The translations under genes were made by a program, and so were the position numbers. This document shows, piece by piece, positions 36,950-49,794 of a stretch of 64,000 nt of DNA. Source of the DNA: Chiloscyllium plagiosum (taxonomy: Eukaryota). The DNA is taken from contig NC_057718.1 of NCBI RefSeq assembly GCF_004010195.1, forward strand, positions 463,568-527,567, written 5' to 3'. The notes beneath the pieces were generated by a model. That model did not search any database. It worked only from the letters and a program-made list of their open reading frames with translations, and had not been told where the DNA came from. How positions within the stretch are numbered: position 1 is the first letter of the stretch; every line of letters begins with the position of its first letter.

Positions 36950-39900
36950 GACTGGAAAAATTGTGGCTGTAAGAGCTGCTCCTTTTTAATTGAGGTATTT
37001 TAGGTGCTGGAGGTGATTTCATCGAATTCCACGAGCAGCAATTACTGTTTTATATGCATTGTTTTGGAACTTTGGGGGAAAAAATGTCAAAACAATGGTA
37101 CTTTTAAAAGAGAGAAAGACAGACAAAAGGCAATGACCACATGGTCAGTGAGGGAGAGAGAAAGAAACCTACACTACTGTCTGACACAGCAGTGAATCTG
37201 CACAGTTACTGCCTTTGCTGTTTGAGTCCATTTATATCTGGCCATCGGATTGCATCTAGGAAAAATTAACAAACAGCGAAATTCACAGCTGACCTTGGAG
37301 GAGCCCGAGTGGGAGAGCTCACAGCACAGGGACAGATAAATGCATAGCTTTTATGTGAAACTTTGCTGTAAGTCTGCAGTAGTGGGTAGAGTTGATTCTT
37401 TCTTGATTTTATGTTTATTGAAATCTGTCTCTTGATTACATTTTAAAAATATAAACCATAGATACTAAGTTAGCCCAGAACACTATTTTTATAGCAAAAC
37501 GATGGTGCTGTGTTCTGGGTCTGTAGATTGTGAAGGAGCAAAGATGGCCTTTAGTAGAGCGACGTGCTCTTCCTGTCCATTGTGAGAGTTTAGGAAGAGT
37601 TTCCATATTACTGATAATTATGAATGCAGGAAGTGTCTTTGATTCCGAATATTATCAAATCGCATGGATCGATTGGAGCAGCAGTTAGAGACAATGAAGA
37701 ATTTACAAGAGGAAGGGGGTGTGATGAATGGCAGTTATAGGAAGGGAGATAAATCACAGATACAGTTAGGTAAGAGAGGGAGGTAGGTTGTGCAGAAGCC
37801 TCATGTGTCTATCCCCATCTCAAATGAGTATGCTATTTTGGAAAATGTAGGAGATGATGGACTCTCAGGGGAATATAGCACGAGCAGCCAAATATCTGGT
37901 ATGGGGTGCGTTGGGTTCCAAGAGATCGATTGCGAGAGGGGACTCTGTAGTCAAAGGCACAGACATTTCCGCAGCCAACAGCGAAAAATCAGAATGGTGT
38001 ACTGCCTCCCTGGGGTCAGGATCAGGGATGTCTCACAGAGGATTCAGAATGTTCTGAAAGGGAAGAGAGACCACCAGGAGGTCATTGTACACATTGGAAC
38101 CAATGACATAGGAAAGGAAAAGGATAAGATTCTGAAGGGAGAGTATAGAAAGTTAGGCAATAATTTAAAAAGGAGGTCGTAATATCTGGGTCAGTCACAA
38201 GCTAGTGAGGGCAGGAATAGGAGGATAGAGCAGATAAATGCATGGCTGAGGAGCTGGTGTATGGGAGAAGGATTCACATTTTTAAATCATTGGAATCCTT
38301 TCTGGGGTAGAAGTGACCTGTACAAGAAGGATGGATTGCACCTGCTTTGGAAGGAGACTAATATACTGGCAGGGAGATTTGCTCGAGCTGCTTAGGAGGA
38401 TTTAAGCTAATAAAGTGAGGGACTGGGATGTGGGGGGGCGCCCAGGGAAATAGTGAGGAAAGAATCAATCTGAGACTGGTACAGTTGCGAAAGGGAGCGA
38501 GACAAACAGTCAGGGCAGGGACAAAGCAGAGAACAAGGTAGGACTGAAAAATTAAACTGCATTTATATCAATGCAAGGGGCCTAACAGGGAAGGCAGATG
38601 AACTCAGGGCATGGTTAGGAACATGGGACTGCGATATCATAGCAATTATGGAAACATGGCTCAGGGATGGGCAGGACTGGCAGCTTAATGTTCCCGGATA
38701 CAAATGGGACTGCACAGTGGCTCGGTAGTTAGCACTGCTGCCTCACCGCACCAGGGTCCTGCATTCAATTCCAGCCTTAAGCGAATGTCTGTGTGGAGTT
38801 TTCATATTCTCCCCGTGTCTTGTGTGGGTTTCCTCCCACAATCCAAAGATGTGCAGGTCAGGTGAATTGGCCATACTAAATTGCCCATAGTGTTAGGTGC
38901 ATTAGTCAGGGGTAAATGCAGGGGAATGGGTCTGGGTGGGTTACACTTCAGAGGATCTGTTTAGACTTGTTCGGCTGAAGGGCCTGTTTTCACACTGTAG
39001 GGAATCTATTCTAATCTGATAGAAAGGGGAGCAAGAGAGGAGGGGGAGTGGTGTTTTTAATAAAGGATAGCATTGTGGCTGGACTTGGGGAAGATATTCC
39101 TAGGGAATACATCCAGGGAAGTTATTTGGGTGGAATTGAAAAATAAGAAAAGGATGATCATCTTATAGGGATTGTACTATAAACCCCTGAATAGTCAGAG
39201 GGAAATTGAGAAACAAATTTGTAAGGAGATCTCAGCTATCTGTAAGAATAATAAGGTGGTTATGGTAGGGGATTTTAACTTTCCAAACATGGACTGGGAC
39301 TGCCATGTTGTTGAAGGTTTAGATGGAGAGGAATTTGTTAAGTGTGTACAAGAAAATTTTCTGATTCAGTATGTGGATGTACCGACTAGAGAAGGTGCCA
39401 AACTTGACCTACTCTTGGGAAATAAGGCAGGGCAGGTGACAGAGGTGTCAGTGGGGGAGCACTTTGGGACCAGCGACCATAATTCTATTAGATTTAAAAT
39501 AATGATGGAAAAGGATAGACCAGATCTATAAGTTGAAGTTCTAAATTGGAGAAAGGCAAATTTTGACGGTATTAGGCAAGAACTTTCAAAAGCTGATTGG
39601 AGGCAGATGTTTGCAGGTAAAGGGATGGCTGGAAAATGGGAAGCCTTCAGAAATGAGATAATGAGAATCCAGAGAAAGTATGTTCCTGTTAGGGTGAAAG
39701 GGAAGGCTGGTAGGTATAGGGAATGCTGGATGACTAAAGAAATTGAGGGTTTGGTTAAGAAAAAGAAGGAAGCATATGTCAGGTACAGACAGGATAGATC
39801 GAGTGAATCCTTAGAGTATAAAGAAAGTAGGAGTATACTTAAGAGGGAAATCAGGAGGGCAAAACGGGGACATGAGATAGCTTTGGCAAATAGAATTAAG

Positions 39901-40897
39901 GAGAATCCAAAGTGTTTTTACAAATATATTAAGGACAAAAGGGTAACTAGGGAGAGAATAGGGTCCCTCAAAGATCAGCAAGGCGGCCTTTGTGTGGAGC
40001 CACAGAAAGTGGGGGAGATACTAAATGAATATTTTGCATCAGTATTTACTGTGGAAAAGGATATGGAAGATATAGACTGTAGGGAAATAGATGGTGACAT
40101 CTTGCAAAATGTCCAGATTACAGAGGAGGAAGTGCTGGATGTGTTGAAACGGGTAAAGGTGGATAAATCCCCAGGACCTGATCAGGTCTACCCGAGAACT
40201 CTGTGGGAAGCTAGAGAAGTGATTGCTGGGCCTCTTGCTGAGATATTTGTATCATCGATAGTCACAGGTGAGGTGCCGGAAGACTGGAGGTTGGCAAACG
40301 TGGTGCCACTGTTTAAGAAGGGTGGTAAAGGCAAGCCAGGGGACTATAGACCAGTGAGCCTGACGTTGGTGGTGGACAATTTGTTGAATGGAATCCCGAG
40401 GGACAGGATGTACATGTATTTGGAAAGGCAAGGACTGATTAGGGATAGTCAATGAGGCTTTGTGTGAGAAATCATGTCTCTCAAACTTGATTTGAGTTTT
40501 TTCGAAAAAGTAACGAAGAGGATTGATGAGGGCAGAGCAGTGATCTATATGGACTTCAGTAAGGCATTTGACAGGTCTTTTCCCTGGGGTGGGGGGGTCC
40601 AGGCCTAGAGGGCATAGGTTTAGGGTGAGAGGAGAAATATTTAAAAGGGACCTAAGTGGAAACTTTTTCCTGCAGGGTGTGGTGTGTGTAAGGAATGAGT
40701 TGCCAGAGGAAGTGGTAGAGGCTGGTACAATTACAGTATTTAAAAGGCATCTGGACAAGTAAATGAATAGAAAGGCTTTATTGGGATATGGGCCAAGTGT
40801 TGGCAAATGGGACTACATTAGGTTAGGTTAGCTGGTTGGCATGGATGAGTTGGACCAATGGGTCTGTTTCCGTGCTGTACAGCTCTTTGACTCTATG
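36950..40897 (+). mobile_element. Near full-length CR1 (5' UTR, ORF1 zinc finger/esterase, ORF2) with an internal RT deletion
   Basis: ORF1 MAFSRATCSSC... and VIVHIGTND (SGNH); ORF2 GDFNFP, SDHN, SPGPDQVYPR, MDFSKAFD joined directly to the 3' end. Confidence 0.9.
38706..39017 (+). mobile_element. HE1-like SINE inserted in a CR1 endonuclease region
   Basis: Same head, core and tail as the other copies; interrupts the CR1 APE-coding sequence. Confidence 0.8.
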
Positions 40898-41387
40898 AAT
40901 GTTTGTGGGTGTGATGTCAGTCAAGAGGGCTACTCTGTCCTGTATAGTGTTGAGTTTCTTGAGTGTTGTTGGAGCTGCACCCATCCAGGCAAGTGGCAAA
41001 AGTTCCATCACACGCCTGACTTGTGTCTTGTAGATGGTGGACAGACTTGGGGGAGTCAGGAGGTGAGTTACTTGCTGCAGTATTCGAGCCTCTGACCAGG
41101 TCTTGTAGCCACATTTATATGGCTTGTCCAGTTACGTTTCTGGTCCATGGTATAACCTGGAGAGTCTAACCTGGATCTCTCTCCTTCTTTGTTCCACTCT
41201 CCCTTCATCTGTTGTTTGCTCTATCTGGTGCTTGCCCTCTTGTTGTTTGGAATGTCTCTGATTTTGCTGGATTTGTGGTCACTCTGTCTAACTCCATGTT
41301 GAAACCTCTGTCTGTCTGATGCACTCGGCTCTCCATGCTCCCTCACAATGCTGTCTCTGATTAGATCAACGCTTTCTCCTTGTCCAG

Positions 41388-41737
41388 GTGCATGGCAAAA
41401 ACCTCTTCCTGGGTTTCACATCTGCTGGTCATGGACTGGGATCTGATTGTCCGAAACTAGTGAGAACACATGGCCAGAAGATACCGGATCCAGCCTGGAG
41501 GCCAGCACTGGGCTCTCCCAGCAAGCAACAAGTAATGGAAGATGGCCGCTTGAGAGAAGAGCAGGAGGAGGCTAGGGAAAGCTGTGCTCTGTCCTTGGGG
41601 CAAGGCCAGTTGACCCCTCAGCACAAAAGGCTATGGCTGCGATTTCACTTTGGGATGTTCGGAAGTGTCAGAGCCAATGAGTTTTCGCGGGCAAAACGTG
41701 CCAATAAGAAGGGAGACTGGAAGGATCCATCACCAAG
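41388..41737 (+). CDS. NEIL2: NEIL2 coding exon 2 (350 nt)
   Basis: VHGKNLFLGF...WLRFHFGMFGSVRANEFSRAKRANKKGDWKDPSP(R); ccag/gtatgg. Confidence 0.95.
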
Positions 41738-42534
41738 GTATGGGCAAAGAGGAAAATGGGTTATCATCCAGGCTGCCTGTCCTGGGTTTAAAGTTGGTGG
41801 AGTTGTGACATCCATTGCCTGGGGAGCAGGAGGTTTTGGAGGGTAACTGGTTCCAGCCTTTGTGAGGTAGCAGCAGAGAGCAGAAGGCCGAATTTGAGGT
41901 GAAGGGGAGGATACAACGGACTCTAGGAAGCCTCTAACTTTATGGGAGAGATGAGGAGGATGCAGGAAAGCCCAGCGTAAAAGGGAGAATGGTTCTTGGG
42001 GCTTGGTCCTTAACCCGGAGAGGGGGCACAGTGGGATATGCCTGGATAGTTGTTGGAGGTTCCAGACAGAAGGGGAGTACCCATAGATAAGGAATATTTT
42101 CTTCTGGAATGTTTGTGTGTCTTTTACTGAGAAAGCAGACCAGTACATTTGTTCATGGCCTCTGTCATTTTTAATTTGCGATGATCATTTCTCCTGCCTT
42201 TGTCCGTGAAGTGAATCTATGTCCTTTAGCTGCTTGGTGGGGCGGCACAGTGGCCCAGTGGTTAGCACTGCTGCCTCACAGCGCCAGGGACCCAGGTTCG
42301 ATTCCAGCCTCGGGGGACTGACTGTGTGGAGTTTGCACATTCTCCCTGTGTCTGTGTGGGTTTCCTCCGGGTGCTCCGGTTTCCTCCCACAGTCCAAAGA
42401 TGTGCGAGTGAGGTGAACTGGCCATGCTAAATTGACCGTAGCGTTCAGGGTTGTGAAGGTTAGGTGTATTAGTCAGGGATAAATACAGGATCATAGTGTA
42501 GGGGAATGGCTCTGGTTGGGTTACTCTGTGGAGG

Positions 42535-42626
42535 TTGAAACTTTATTGCTGGAACAGCACAGCAGGTCAGGCAGCATCCAGGGAACAGGAGATTCGACGT
42601 TTCGGGCACAGGCCCTTCCTCAGGAA
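42535..42626 (-). mobile_element. 92-bp hammerhead-bearing insert inside a SINE
   Basis: TSD tctgtggagg (42525-42534, 42627-42636). Confidence 0.85.
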
Positions 42627-42629
42627 TCT
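42590..42629 (-). ncRNA. Minimal type I hammerhead ribozyme motif, best-preserved copy
   Basis: agattc-CTGAGGA-a-gggc-ctgt-gccc-GAAA-cg-TC-gaatct; 6-bp stem I, 4-bp stem II, palindromic ACGT at stem III. Confidence 0.8.
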
Positions 42630-42913
42630 GTGGAGGGTCAGTGTGGACTTGTTGGGCTGAAGGGCCTGTTTCCACACTGTAGGGATTCTATGATACTCTC
42701 CTGCTTTTTATGTATTTTTAGCAATTCTTAAAAGCTGTTTCTAGATATTTCTACCTAGTTTTCTGTCATTATGTTTCTCCCTCTTAACCATATTTTAATC
42801 ATCCTTTTGGCTGATATTTATTTAAAACTTTCTCAGTCTACAAGTTTACAACCTTTGGCTCTTTTTAAATAAATACTAGTCTTAGGCCCGCTGATGAACT
42901 TAATGTCTCTTCA

Positions 42914-42985
42914 AGGTAGGTTGATTTCGAAACTCCTTGGATGCTGCCTGAACTACTGTGCTCTTCCAGCACCACTAATCCAGAA
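42914..42985 (+). mobile_element. Short Penelope pseudo-LTR fragment
   Basis: 14-bp TSD ttaatgtctcttca (42900-42913, 42986-42999). Confidence 0.75.
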
Positions 42986-43296
42986 TTAATGTCTCTTCAC
43001 CCCAGAGGGATACGAGGAAAGAGAGTGGGAGTTCGGGGCTGTGGATCAGGATCAGAGTGTATTGTATTTTAATGTGAATGACCCTTTCTCATAGGGGAAA
43101 GACATGCTGACTGTGTACACACTGATCGGGAGAATCTGTTCTCACTCTGAGCACCCAGAGGGGCAACAGATCATAGAATACTGTCAGGTTTGGGGAAGGC
43201 ACAGAGCAGAAAATGGTGTGAATGAGGAGATTGATATTCTAAGTGGAGTTCTGTGAGGAGATGTAAAAATCTCTCTCTCTCTCTCTCTCTCTACAG

Positions 43297-43493
43297 ATTG
43301 GTGCTGTACTTCCCGGGACGACAGTTTCTTGTGTTCTATAATTGCCGGATTTGTCTCTGTAACAGCCCTCCCTCTGGACATACCTGCGATATCCTACACC
43401 CAAATTTCAACAGAAATCTGGCATTACAGGCTCTACGACAAGCTCAGCCTGTCTGCTACACCCTGCTCAACCAGCAGCTGTTCTCTGGCCTTG
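43297..43493 (+). CDS. NEIL2: NEIL2 coding exon 3 (197 nt)
   Basis: LVLYFPGRQFLVFYNC...CDIL...QAQPVCYTLLNQQLFSGL(G) (H2TH motif); (CT)n tract then ctacag acceptor, gtcagt donor. Confidence 0.96.
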
Positions 43494-43984
43494 GTCAGTA
43501 ACACATTCCAGATCTCGTAATAAATGGCTGGTGGCGAGGTGGATTGTGAAGGGAGAAGCTGGGCATGTTTGATACTTGTTGTTTTGCCTGGGTCAGGAGT
43601 TGACTGTTCCCACATTCTCGTGTCTTTGCCTGACGGCCAATGGTAACCCAGTTATTGTCTCAGACACTCTGGTCCCAGCGATGAAAGTCTATTATTTGCT
43701 GTGAACTCCCCCCCCCCCCCCCCCCCCCCCACCTTACTGTGCACCAATCATTGTGAACCCTGCCTTTTACAAATTGTCTCCAAGACCTGGTTATAGCACG
43801 CATCATCTAAGTAGGAAATGGGAGAGAAATGAGCTAACTACACATTGGCCAGCTTCACATAAAGTTTCAGCAAGTGATTGGAATTTATTCTGAGAGATAA
43901 TGGTGACTCAGCACTTTGTCCAATGTTTTGTTGAATCATTTGTGGGACTTGCTCATCACTGGCTGGCCAGCATTGATACCAGGG

Positions 43985-45115
43985 ATATATTTCCCTCCCC
44001 ACCCCTTTCTGCCTTCCCCAAAGACTGTTCCCTCCGTGACTACCTGGTCAGGTCCACGCCCCCCCCTACAACCCACCCTCCCATCCTGGCACCTTCCCCT
44101 GNNNNNNNNNNNNNNNNNNNNNNNNNNNNNNNNNNNNNNNNNNNNNNNNNNNNNNNNNNNNNNNNNNNNNNNNNNNNNNNNNNNNNNNNNNNNNNNNNNN
44201 NNNNNNNNNNNNNNNNNNNNNNNNNNNNNNNNNNNNNNNNNNNNNNNNNNNNNNNNNNNNNNNNNNNNNNNNNNNNNNNNNNNNNNNNNNNNNNNNNNNN
44301 NNNNNNNNNNNNNNNNNNNNNNNNNNNNNNNNNNNNNNNNNNNNNNNNNNNNNNNNNNNNNNNNNNNNNNNNNNNNNNNNNNNNNNNNNNNNNNNNNNNN
44401 NNNNNNNNNNNNNNNNNNNNNNNNNNNNNNNNNNNNNNNNNNNNNNNNNNNNNNNNNNNNNNNNNNNNNNNNNNNNNNNNNNNNNNNNNNNNNNNNNNNN
44501 NNNNNNNNNNNNNNNNNNNNNNNNNNNNNNNNNNNNNNNNNNNNNNNNNNNNNNNNNNNNNNNNNNNNNNNNNNNNNNNNNNNNNNNNNNNNNNNNNNNN
44601 NNNNNNNNNNNNNNNNNNNNNNNNNNNNNNNNNNNNNNNNNNNNNCTAATCAAGATAAGGAGAAGTCACGTAGGGGCAGTCAGGTCACAAGTTAGGCAGA
44701 GAACTAGGGTGATTGGGTCATGTAGGAGTCGGGAGAGGTGACCTCACACAGCTCAGAGGTATAACTGTGTACTTGTTTCAATGCTCGTTGCTCATTTGCT
44801 TTAGCATTTGACGCCCCTTTTTGCAAGATCATAAAATAAATTGTCTTGTTTCCAGTTTTGGTGGTCTTGGCTAATTTTTGTTAAGTTTATTTCTAACATG
44901 ATCCACCCTCCCCTCTGACCTATCACCTCCATCCCCACCCCCATTCACCTATTGTACTCTATGATACTTTCTCCCCACCCCCACCCTCCTCTCATTTATC
45001 TTTCCACTCTGCAGGCACTCTGCCTCTATTCCTGATGAAGGGCATTTGCCTGAAACATCGATTTTCCTGCTCCTCGGATGCTGCTTGACCTGCTGTGCTT
45101 TTCCAGCACCACTCT
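43985..45115 (+). mobile_element. Penelope (Neptune-like) fragments on either side of an assembly gap
   Basis: DIFPSPPLSAFPKDCSLRDYLVRS resembles the PLE RT-to-GIY-YIG linker; C-rich 3' region and hammerhead pseudo-LTR at about 44900-45115; continuity across the gap not demonstrable. Confidence 0.6.
45028..45063 (+). ncRNA. Minimal hammerhead motif, slightly degenerate, in a Penelope 3' region
   Basis: attc-CTGATGA-agggcatttgcct-GAAA-ca-TC-gatt. Confidence 0.6.
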
Positions 45116-45499
45116 ACTCCAGCATTGATAGCCAATCCCTTGAAAAGGTGGGGGTGAGCTGCCTCCTTGAATCACACACTGCTGTAGAATCACAGATTTT
45201 CTGGGGATGGAGACAACATCTTGGGTTGAGAGTTGATTTGATAATTGGTGTTCCCCAAGGCTCTGTATTGGAGCCTCAACTTTACACTCCATTGACAGCG
45301 ACATAGGTGAAGGACCAGGAAGCTCTGTCTCTAGGGTTTTTGACTGCATGAGTTGATGTGGCACCATAAATATGGTGAGAGGAGGAAGCTGCAATGGGGA
45401 TACATTAAGGCAAATGGATAGCTGGGACTTGATATACAAATAAAGATCAACATTATTTCAAAATGGGGAGGAGCTAGAGATTGTGGGGAGCAGACTATA

Positions 45500-46820
45500 A
45501 GGCCAGCCTTAGTCAAGGACCCATAGGAGACTAATAGAGAAGGTTAAAAACTCATGGGACCCACGCTAACTTCACAAATCCTAAATTGGCCTAGTAGCAG
45601 GAGACAGAGGGTAAAAGTGGACAACTTATGTGACTGAAGGCTGGTGTGCAGCGGTGTATCACAGATGATCAGTGCTGGGCCCTTTATTGTTTGTGATATT
45701 CACAAATGATATAGATGGGAATGTTGGGGGAATGTTAAGTTTGTGGATAACACAAAGATTGACTGGGCAATCAACATTGAGGATAAAGGTCTTGGGTTAA
45801 AGATAATATAAACTTCCCAGAGGTCTGTATCCTATCACTAAGTCGCCCTTTATTGAAATGTGGAAATACCTTGACTCTGGCACAACCATGTTAGACTCAG
45901 CACCCGAGTATGAAAATCTCTGGCACTCATCCTTTTTTTCCTGTCAGCCAGGGCTCTCTAATTGGACCAGATTAACTGCCCCAGTTACAGAACTCATGTT
46001 CTGAGAGGTCCCAATGGGAAGCTCAGTCACAGATGGAATTTAACCCTGAGAAATGAGAGGGTCAGGCATTTCAGAAGAAGTAACAAAGGAGATTACAATT
46101 CATGTCAGGACACTAGGATGCTCAGAGGAAACAGGGTAATACTTATCCACACATCCCTGAGGGTGGTTCAACAGGTTAGCAGAGTAGTTAAGAAGGTTAC
46201 CTTTACTAGTCAAGACATAGACTATAAGAGCAGGGAGATGATGTTGGGGCAGGACAGGACATTGGTCAGGCCCCAGCTGGAGGACTGTGTGCAGTTCTGG
46301 TTCCCACACTACAGGAAGGATGGGATTGTACTGGAGGGGGTGTAGAGGAACTTCAGGATGGTCACTGGGATGGAACATTTCAGCGATGAAGAGAGGCTGG
46401 ATAACTCTGGTTTTCTTTAGATCAGAGGAGGTTGAGGGGGGACCTGATTATGAGGGGTATGGAATGTAGTGAATAGAAAGCAGCTGTTCCCCTGGGTTAA
46501 AGGTGAAAAGTGTAGCACTGGAAAAGCACAGCAGGTCAGGCAGCATCCAAGGAACAGCAGAGTCAGCGGATCAACATTCCTGATGAAGAGCTTATGCCTG
46601 AAATGTCGATTCTCCTGCTCCTCAGATGTTGCCTTACCTGCTGTGCTTTTCCAGCACCACACTCTCGATACTGATCTCTAGCATCTGCAGTCTGCACTTT
46701 CTCCCTTTAGTTAAAGGGTCAACGACCAGGGAGCATAATTTTAAAGTGAAAGGCAAGTGGTTTAGATGGGATTTGGGAAAGCATTTTTATCACCAGAGGG
46801 TGGTGAGGGTCTGGCATAGT
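45500..46820 (+). mobile_element. CR1 RT/3' fragments, interrupted
   Basis: LVRPQLEDCVQFWFPHYRKD. Confidence 0.8.
46504..46704. mobile_element. Inverted Penelope pseudo-LTR insertion within a CR1
   Basis: Inverted arms, CTGATGA...GAAA core at about 46580-46603, imperfect TSD ending gttaaagg. Confidence 0.75.
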
Positions 46821-47505
46821 GATTGTAATGAGGCTAGCCAACTGGATTTCATAGAATACGAGTTCCCTGATTGGGCCAGTTAATTTGGCCCAATCAGGGA
46901 GCCTTGACTGACAGAGAAAAAGGCTGAGTGCACTTTGTATAAACAACAAAGAGCTAAACAGAATTGGAAGCAACCAAAAAAACAACGACTCATTGACTCC
47001 TGTGGTTCAGGCTGGTGCTATTAAACTGTGTCTACTTGTTTTAATCTCTTTCTGCCCTTTCATATTCAGGACTTGTCTGTCATAGAGTCGTAGAAAAAAG
47101 AAAAAGGCTGAGTGTCAGAGATTCTGAGACTCTGGGTGTGAGTCTGATGACACTATGCCAAAGCCAATGACTTTCCATGTGTATATGAAGGGTGACTTAT
47201 TAATGGGATACTAGCCCTTTTGGTGCTATTTTGGTGGTGATGAGAGTAAAGCATGTTCCTGAAGAAACTCACTGGCAGCAACTATCTTTGTGCTGGGCTA
47301 AGCATTTCTGGCATCATGCCATTAGTTGGGAAGCAAACTCATTAGATCCTGCTGTCAAAGACTATGCCCCACGTTTGGAAAGAATGTGGTTTTTTTTCTG
47401 GGCTAATGACATTGGAGCAGATGAAAAGCATCGAGTAATTCTCCTAACAGTCTGTGGACCCAGAGCTTTTTTGGTTATGAGGAGGCTAACTTTTCTTGAG
47501 GTACC
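46820..47505 (+). mobile_element. Gypsy-type LTR remnant and gag N-terminus
   Basis: DPAVKDY...ERMWFFFWANDIGADEKHRVILLTVCG resembles a Gypsy gag start. Confidence 0.55.
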
Positions 47506-47973
47506 AGTATTTTTTGCCTATCTCTAATTGCCCTTGAGAATGTGGTGAGCTGCCTTCATGAATCACTGCTGGCCATCTGCTGTAGGTTTACCCATAATAG
47601 CCATGAGGGACGGAATCCCAGGATTCTGAACCAGCCACAGTGAAGGAACGACAAAATATCTCCAAGTCAGGATGGGGAGTGGCTTGGAGGGGAACTTGCA
47701 GAGAGTGGTGTTTCCATGTATCTGCTGCCCTTTTCCTTCTAGATTGAAGTGGTCATGGATTTAGAAGTTGCTGTCTGAGGAACTTTGATGAATTTCTGCA
47801 GTGCCTCTTCCCTGTAACCCTTGGTGTTGCCTTACTAATTAAGTAAGTTCAGGCTGAACATGCGCTGTCCCCTACCGCTGTGCACTGAGACTTCCTTTTC
47901 AAATAATGTTCATTTTCAGTTCAGTTCAGTTTTTTTAATTGTTGATCTCTCACTGTACCCACTCTGTTTTTAG

Positions 47974-48257
47974 GGAATATCATTAAGAATGAGGTGCTGT
48001 ACCTGTCTGCGATTCACCCCATGTCTCTGGGCTGCCTGCTCCATGTTGAGCAACTACAGACGCTGCTGGACAACGTGATCCAGTTCAGCCACGAATGGCT
48101 GGACAAGAAGGTGAAAGGCAAAGGCTTAAAGTACCACATCTATCAGAGAGAGCAGTGCCCTCAGGGTCATGCTGTGGAGAGGGCAGACCTGGGAGCACCT
48201 CGTTGTCTTCAGCGGCCTACATGGTGGTGTCCTGTGTGCCAACCTGCAGTGCATTGA
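47974..48257 (+). CDS. NEIL2: NEIL2 last coding exon with CHCC zinc finger
   Basis: [19 protein letters not shown]...[11 protein letters not shown]...[13 protein letters not shown] then TGA; the four exons sum to 969 nt = 322 aa plus stop. Confidence 0.96.
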
Positions 48258-48383
48258 GAGCTGATATATCGTCAAACAGTTCACTAGGTCCCAGAGCATG
48301 AGCGACCCTTGGCTGGATGGCAGGATCTCTTCAGGGATTTTGTTTGTTGTTATTTTGTTTATTGTTGTTGTTTTTTCTGCATA

Positions 48384-48389
48384 AATAAA
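48384..48389 (+). terminator. Probable NEIL2 polyadenylation signal
   Basis: AATAAA about 127 nt after the stop codon, with T/GT-rich sequence downstream. Confidence 0.6.
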
Positions 48390-49794
48390 AATATACCTTC
48401 TGCAATCAGCCTAATCTTTTGTGGGGAGAAAGTGGAGAAAGTGAGGTCTGCAGATGCTGGACATCAGAGCTGAAAATGTGTTGCTAGAACAGCGCAGCAG
48501 GTCTTGTGGGGACATCTTTTAGCAAGGAGAGAGTGCATTTTGTGTCCAATTCTCTGTACAGTTGATGAGTTAAATATTGTGTTGTATCTGTTAGTATTTG
48601 AAGCAATTATTCAACTGGATTATTCACAATTTGACATTAGGAGAAATAGGTAGGGACTCTGAAACAGCAATTTTTTTTATACTTACACTTCTCGTTATCC
48701 CCTTGATGACCAGGCAGCAGAGGTTTAAGGCCACAGCAGAGGGAATGGGAGGAAAATGTTCACCCAGATTCCAGGTGGGAATCTGGAGCTCTCTGCAGAA
48801 CGCCGGCCCCCAACATTTACAAAGTATTTAGATGTGCACTTGTGGTGCCAAAGCGCACACGTCTATGGACCACGTGCTAGAAAATGGGTTTACAATAGTT
48901 AGGGAGGTGTTTTAGACTGTCACGGCTGTGATGGGCCTTTTTCTGTGCTGTCACTCAAATGAAAGGCAAACTCAATTTGAATGTGCGATTTCAACTCCAC
49001 AAGGGCTGTGTGGTGACGCATACATCTGTGTCAGGCAGGTAGAGAAGGATGACTATGTCTCTCCCCCTCGTTGGTTCCTTCACCATCTGCCGCAGACCCA
49101 GTCCAGCAGTTATGTCCTTTAGCGCCCGACCTGCTCGATCAGGTGGTAGATGTTGAAAGCCCCTGCCCAGAATCTATTCTGTGCCCTTGCCACCTAAGTG
49201 CTTCCTCCAAGTGTTATTCTGCATGTAGTTGTACTGATTGATCCGTTAAGGAGACGGTACATGGGTAAGGAAACTTCCTGCTGATTACCATGTTTGACAT
49301 GATACTGTGAGACTTCATGGATTCCAGAGTCAATGTTGTGGACTCTCAGAAAATCTCCCTCTTGACTGTATCTCACTGTGCCACCACCTTTGCTCTGTCT
49401 GTCCTGCAGCTGGTGACACTGCTGTTGTCTGGATCATTGTAGAGTATGACTCTGCTTGCATTGCCTTTCAGGGAGGAATGTGTGAGGGTAAGAATGTGGA
49501 CATAGAGTATTGAAATGAGAACAAAAAATGACAGCTCCTTATGTAGATAAAAATAGCCCTGGGATTGCAGGAACATTGGGGCAAGTCCACTGGAAGGTTT
49601 GCCATTTTTCAACTTGCAAGTGAAAGTAAATGTCATGCACTAACAGAATGTGTCATTGTTAATTCAAGACATCCTTATTATTAATTCAGGTTGTTTCCAG
49701 AGATGGTCAAATTTAAGTCTTTTGGGTGTTGCAGTTAAAATAATGCACCCTGGTTAGATCCAAAGAAGAGATATATCTGCACAATATTACAAAA

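Larger units (their letters stand above)
42240..42693 (+). mobile_element. HE1-like SINE carrying a nested hammerhead insert
   Basis: A box tggcccagtgg, B box ggttcgattcc, tail ccacactgtagggattctatga. Confidence 0.85.

Noticed and set aside
39172..40455. 119-aa and 282-aa ORFs as a host gene or active LINE
   Set aside because: CR1 ORF2 pieces with stops, a SINE insertion and a deleted RT.
41670..41725. ANEFSRAKRAN resembles a vitamin K-dependent (Gla) propeptide cleavage site
   Set aside because: It is the conserved NEIL2 segment (...FSRAKxANKxGDW), in frame with the other NEIL2 exons.
42240..42312. tRNA-like A/B-box sequence (also at 20161, 38706, 12460 and 61790)
   Set aside because: These are SINE heads continuing into SINE core and tail, not tRNA genes.
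43900..44695. Long ORFs of 195-259 aa (also those at 15714-16331)
   Set aside because: Artefacts of N gaps translated as X.
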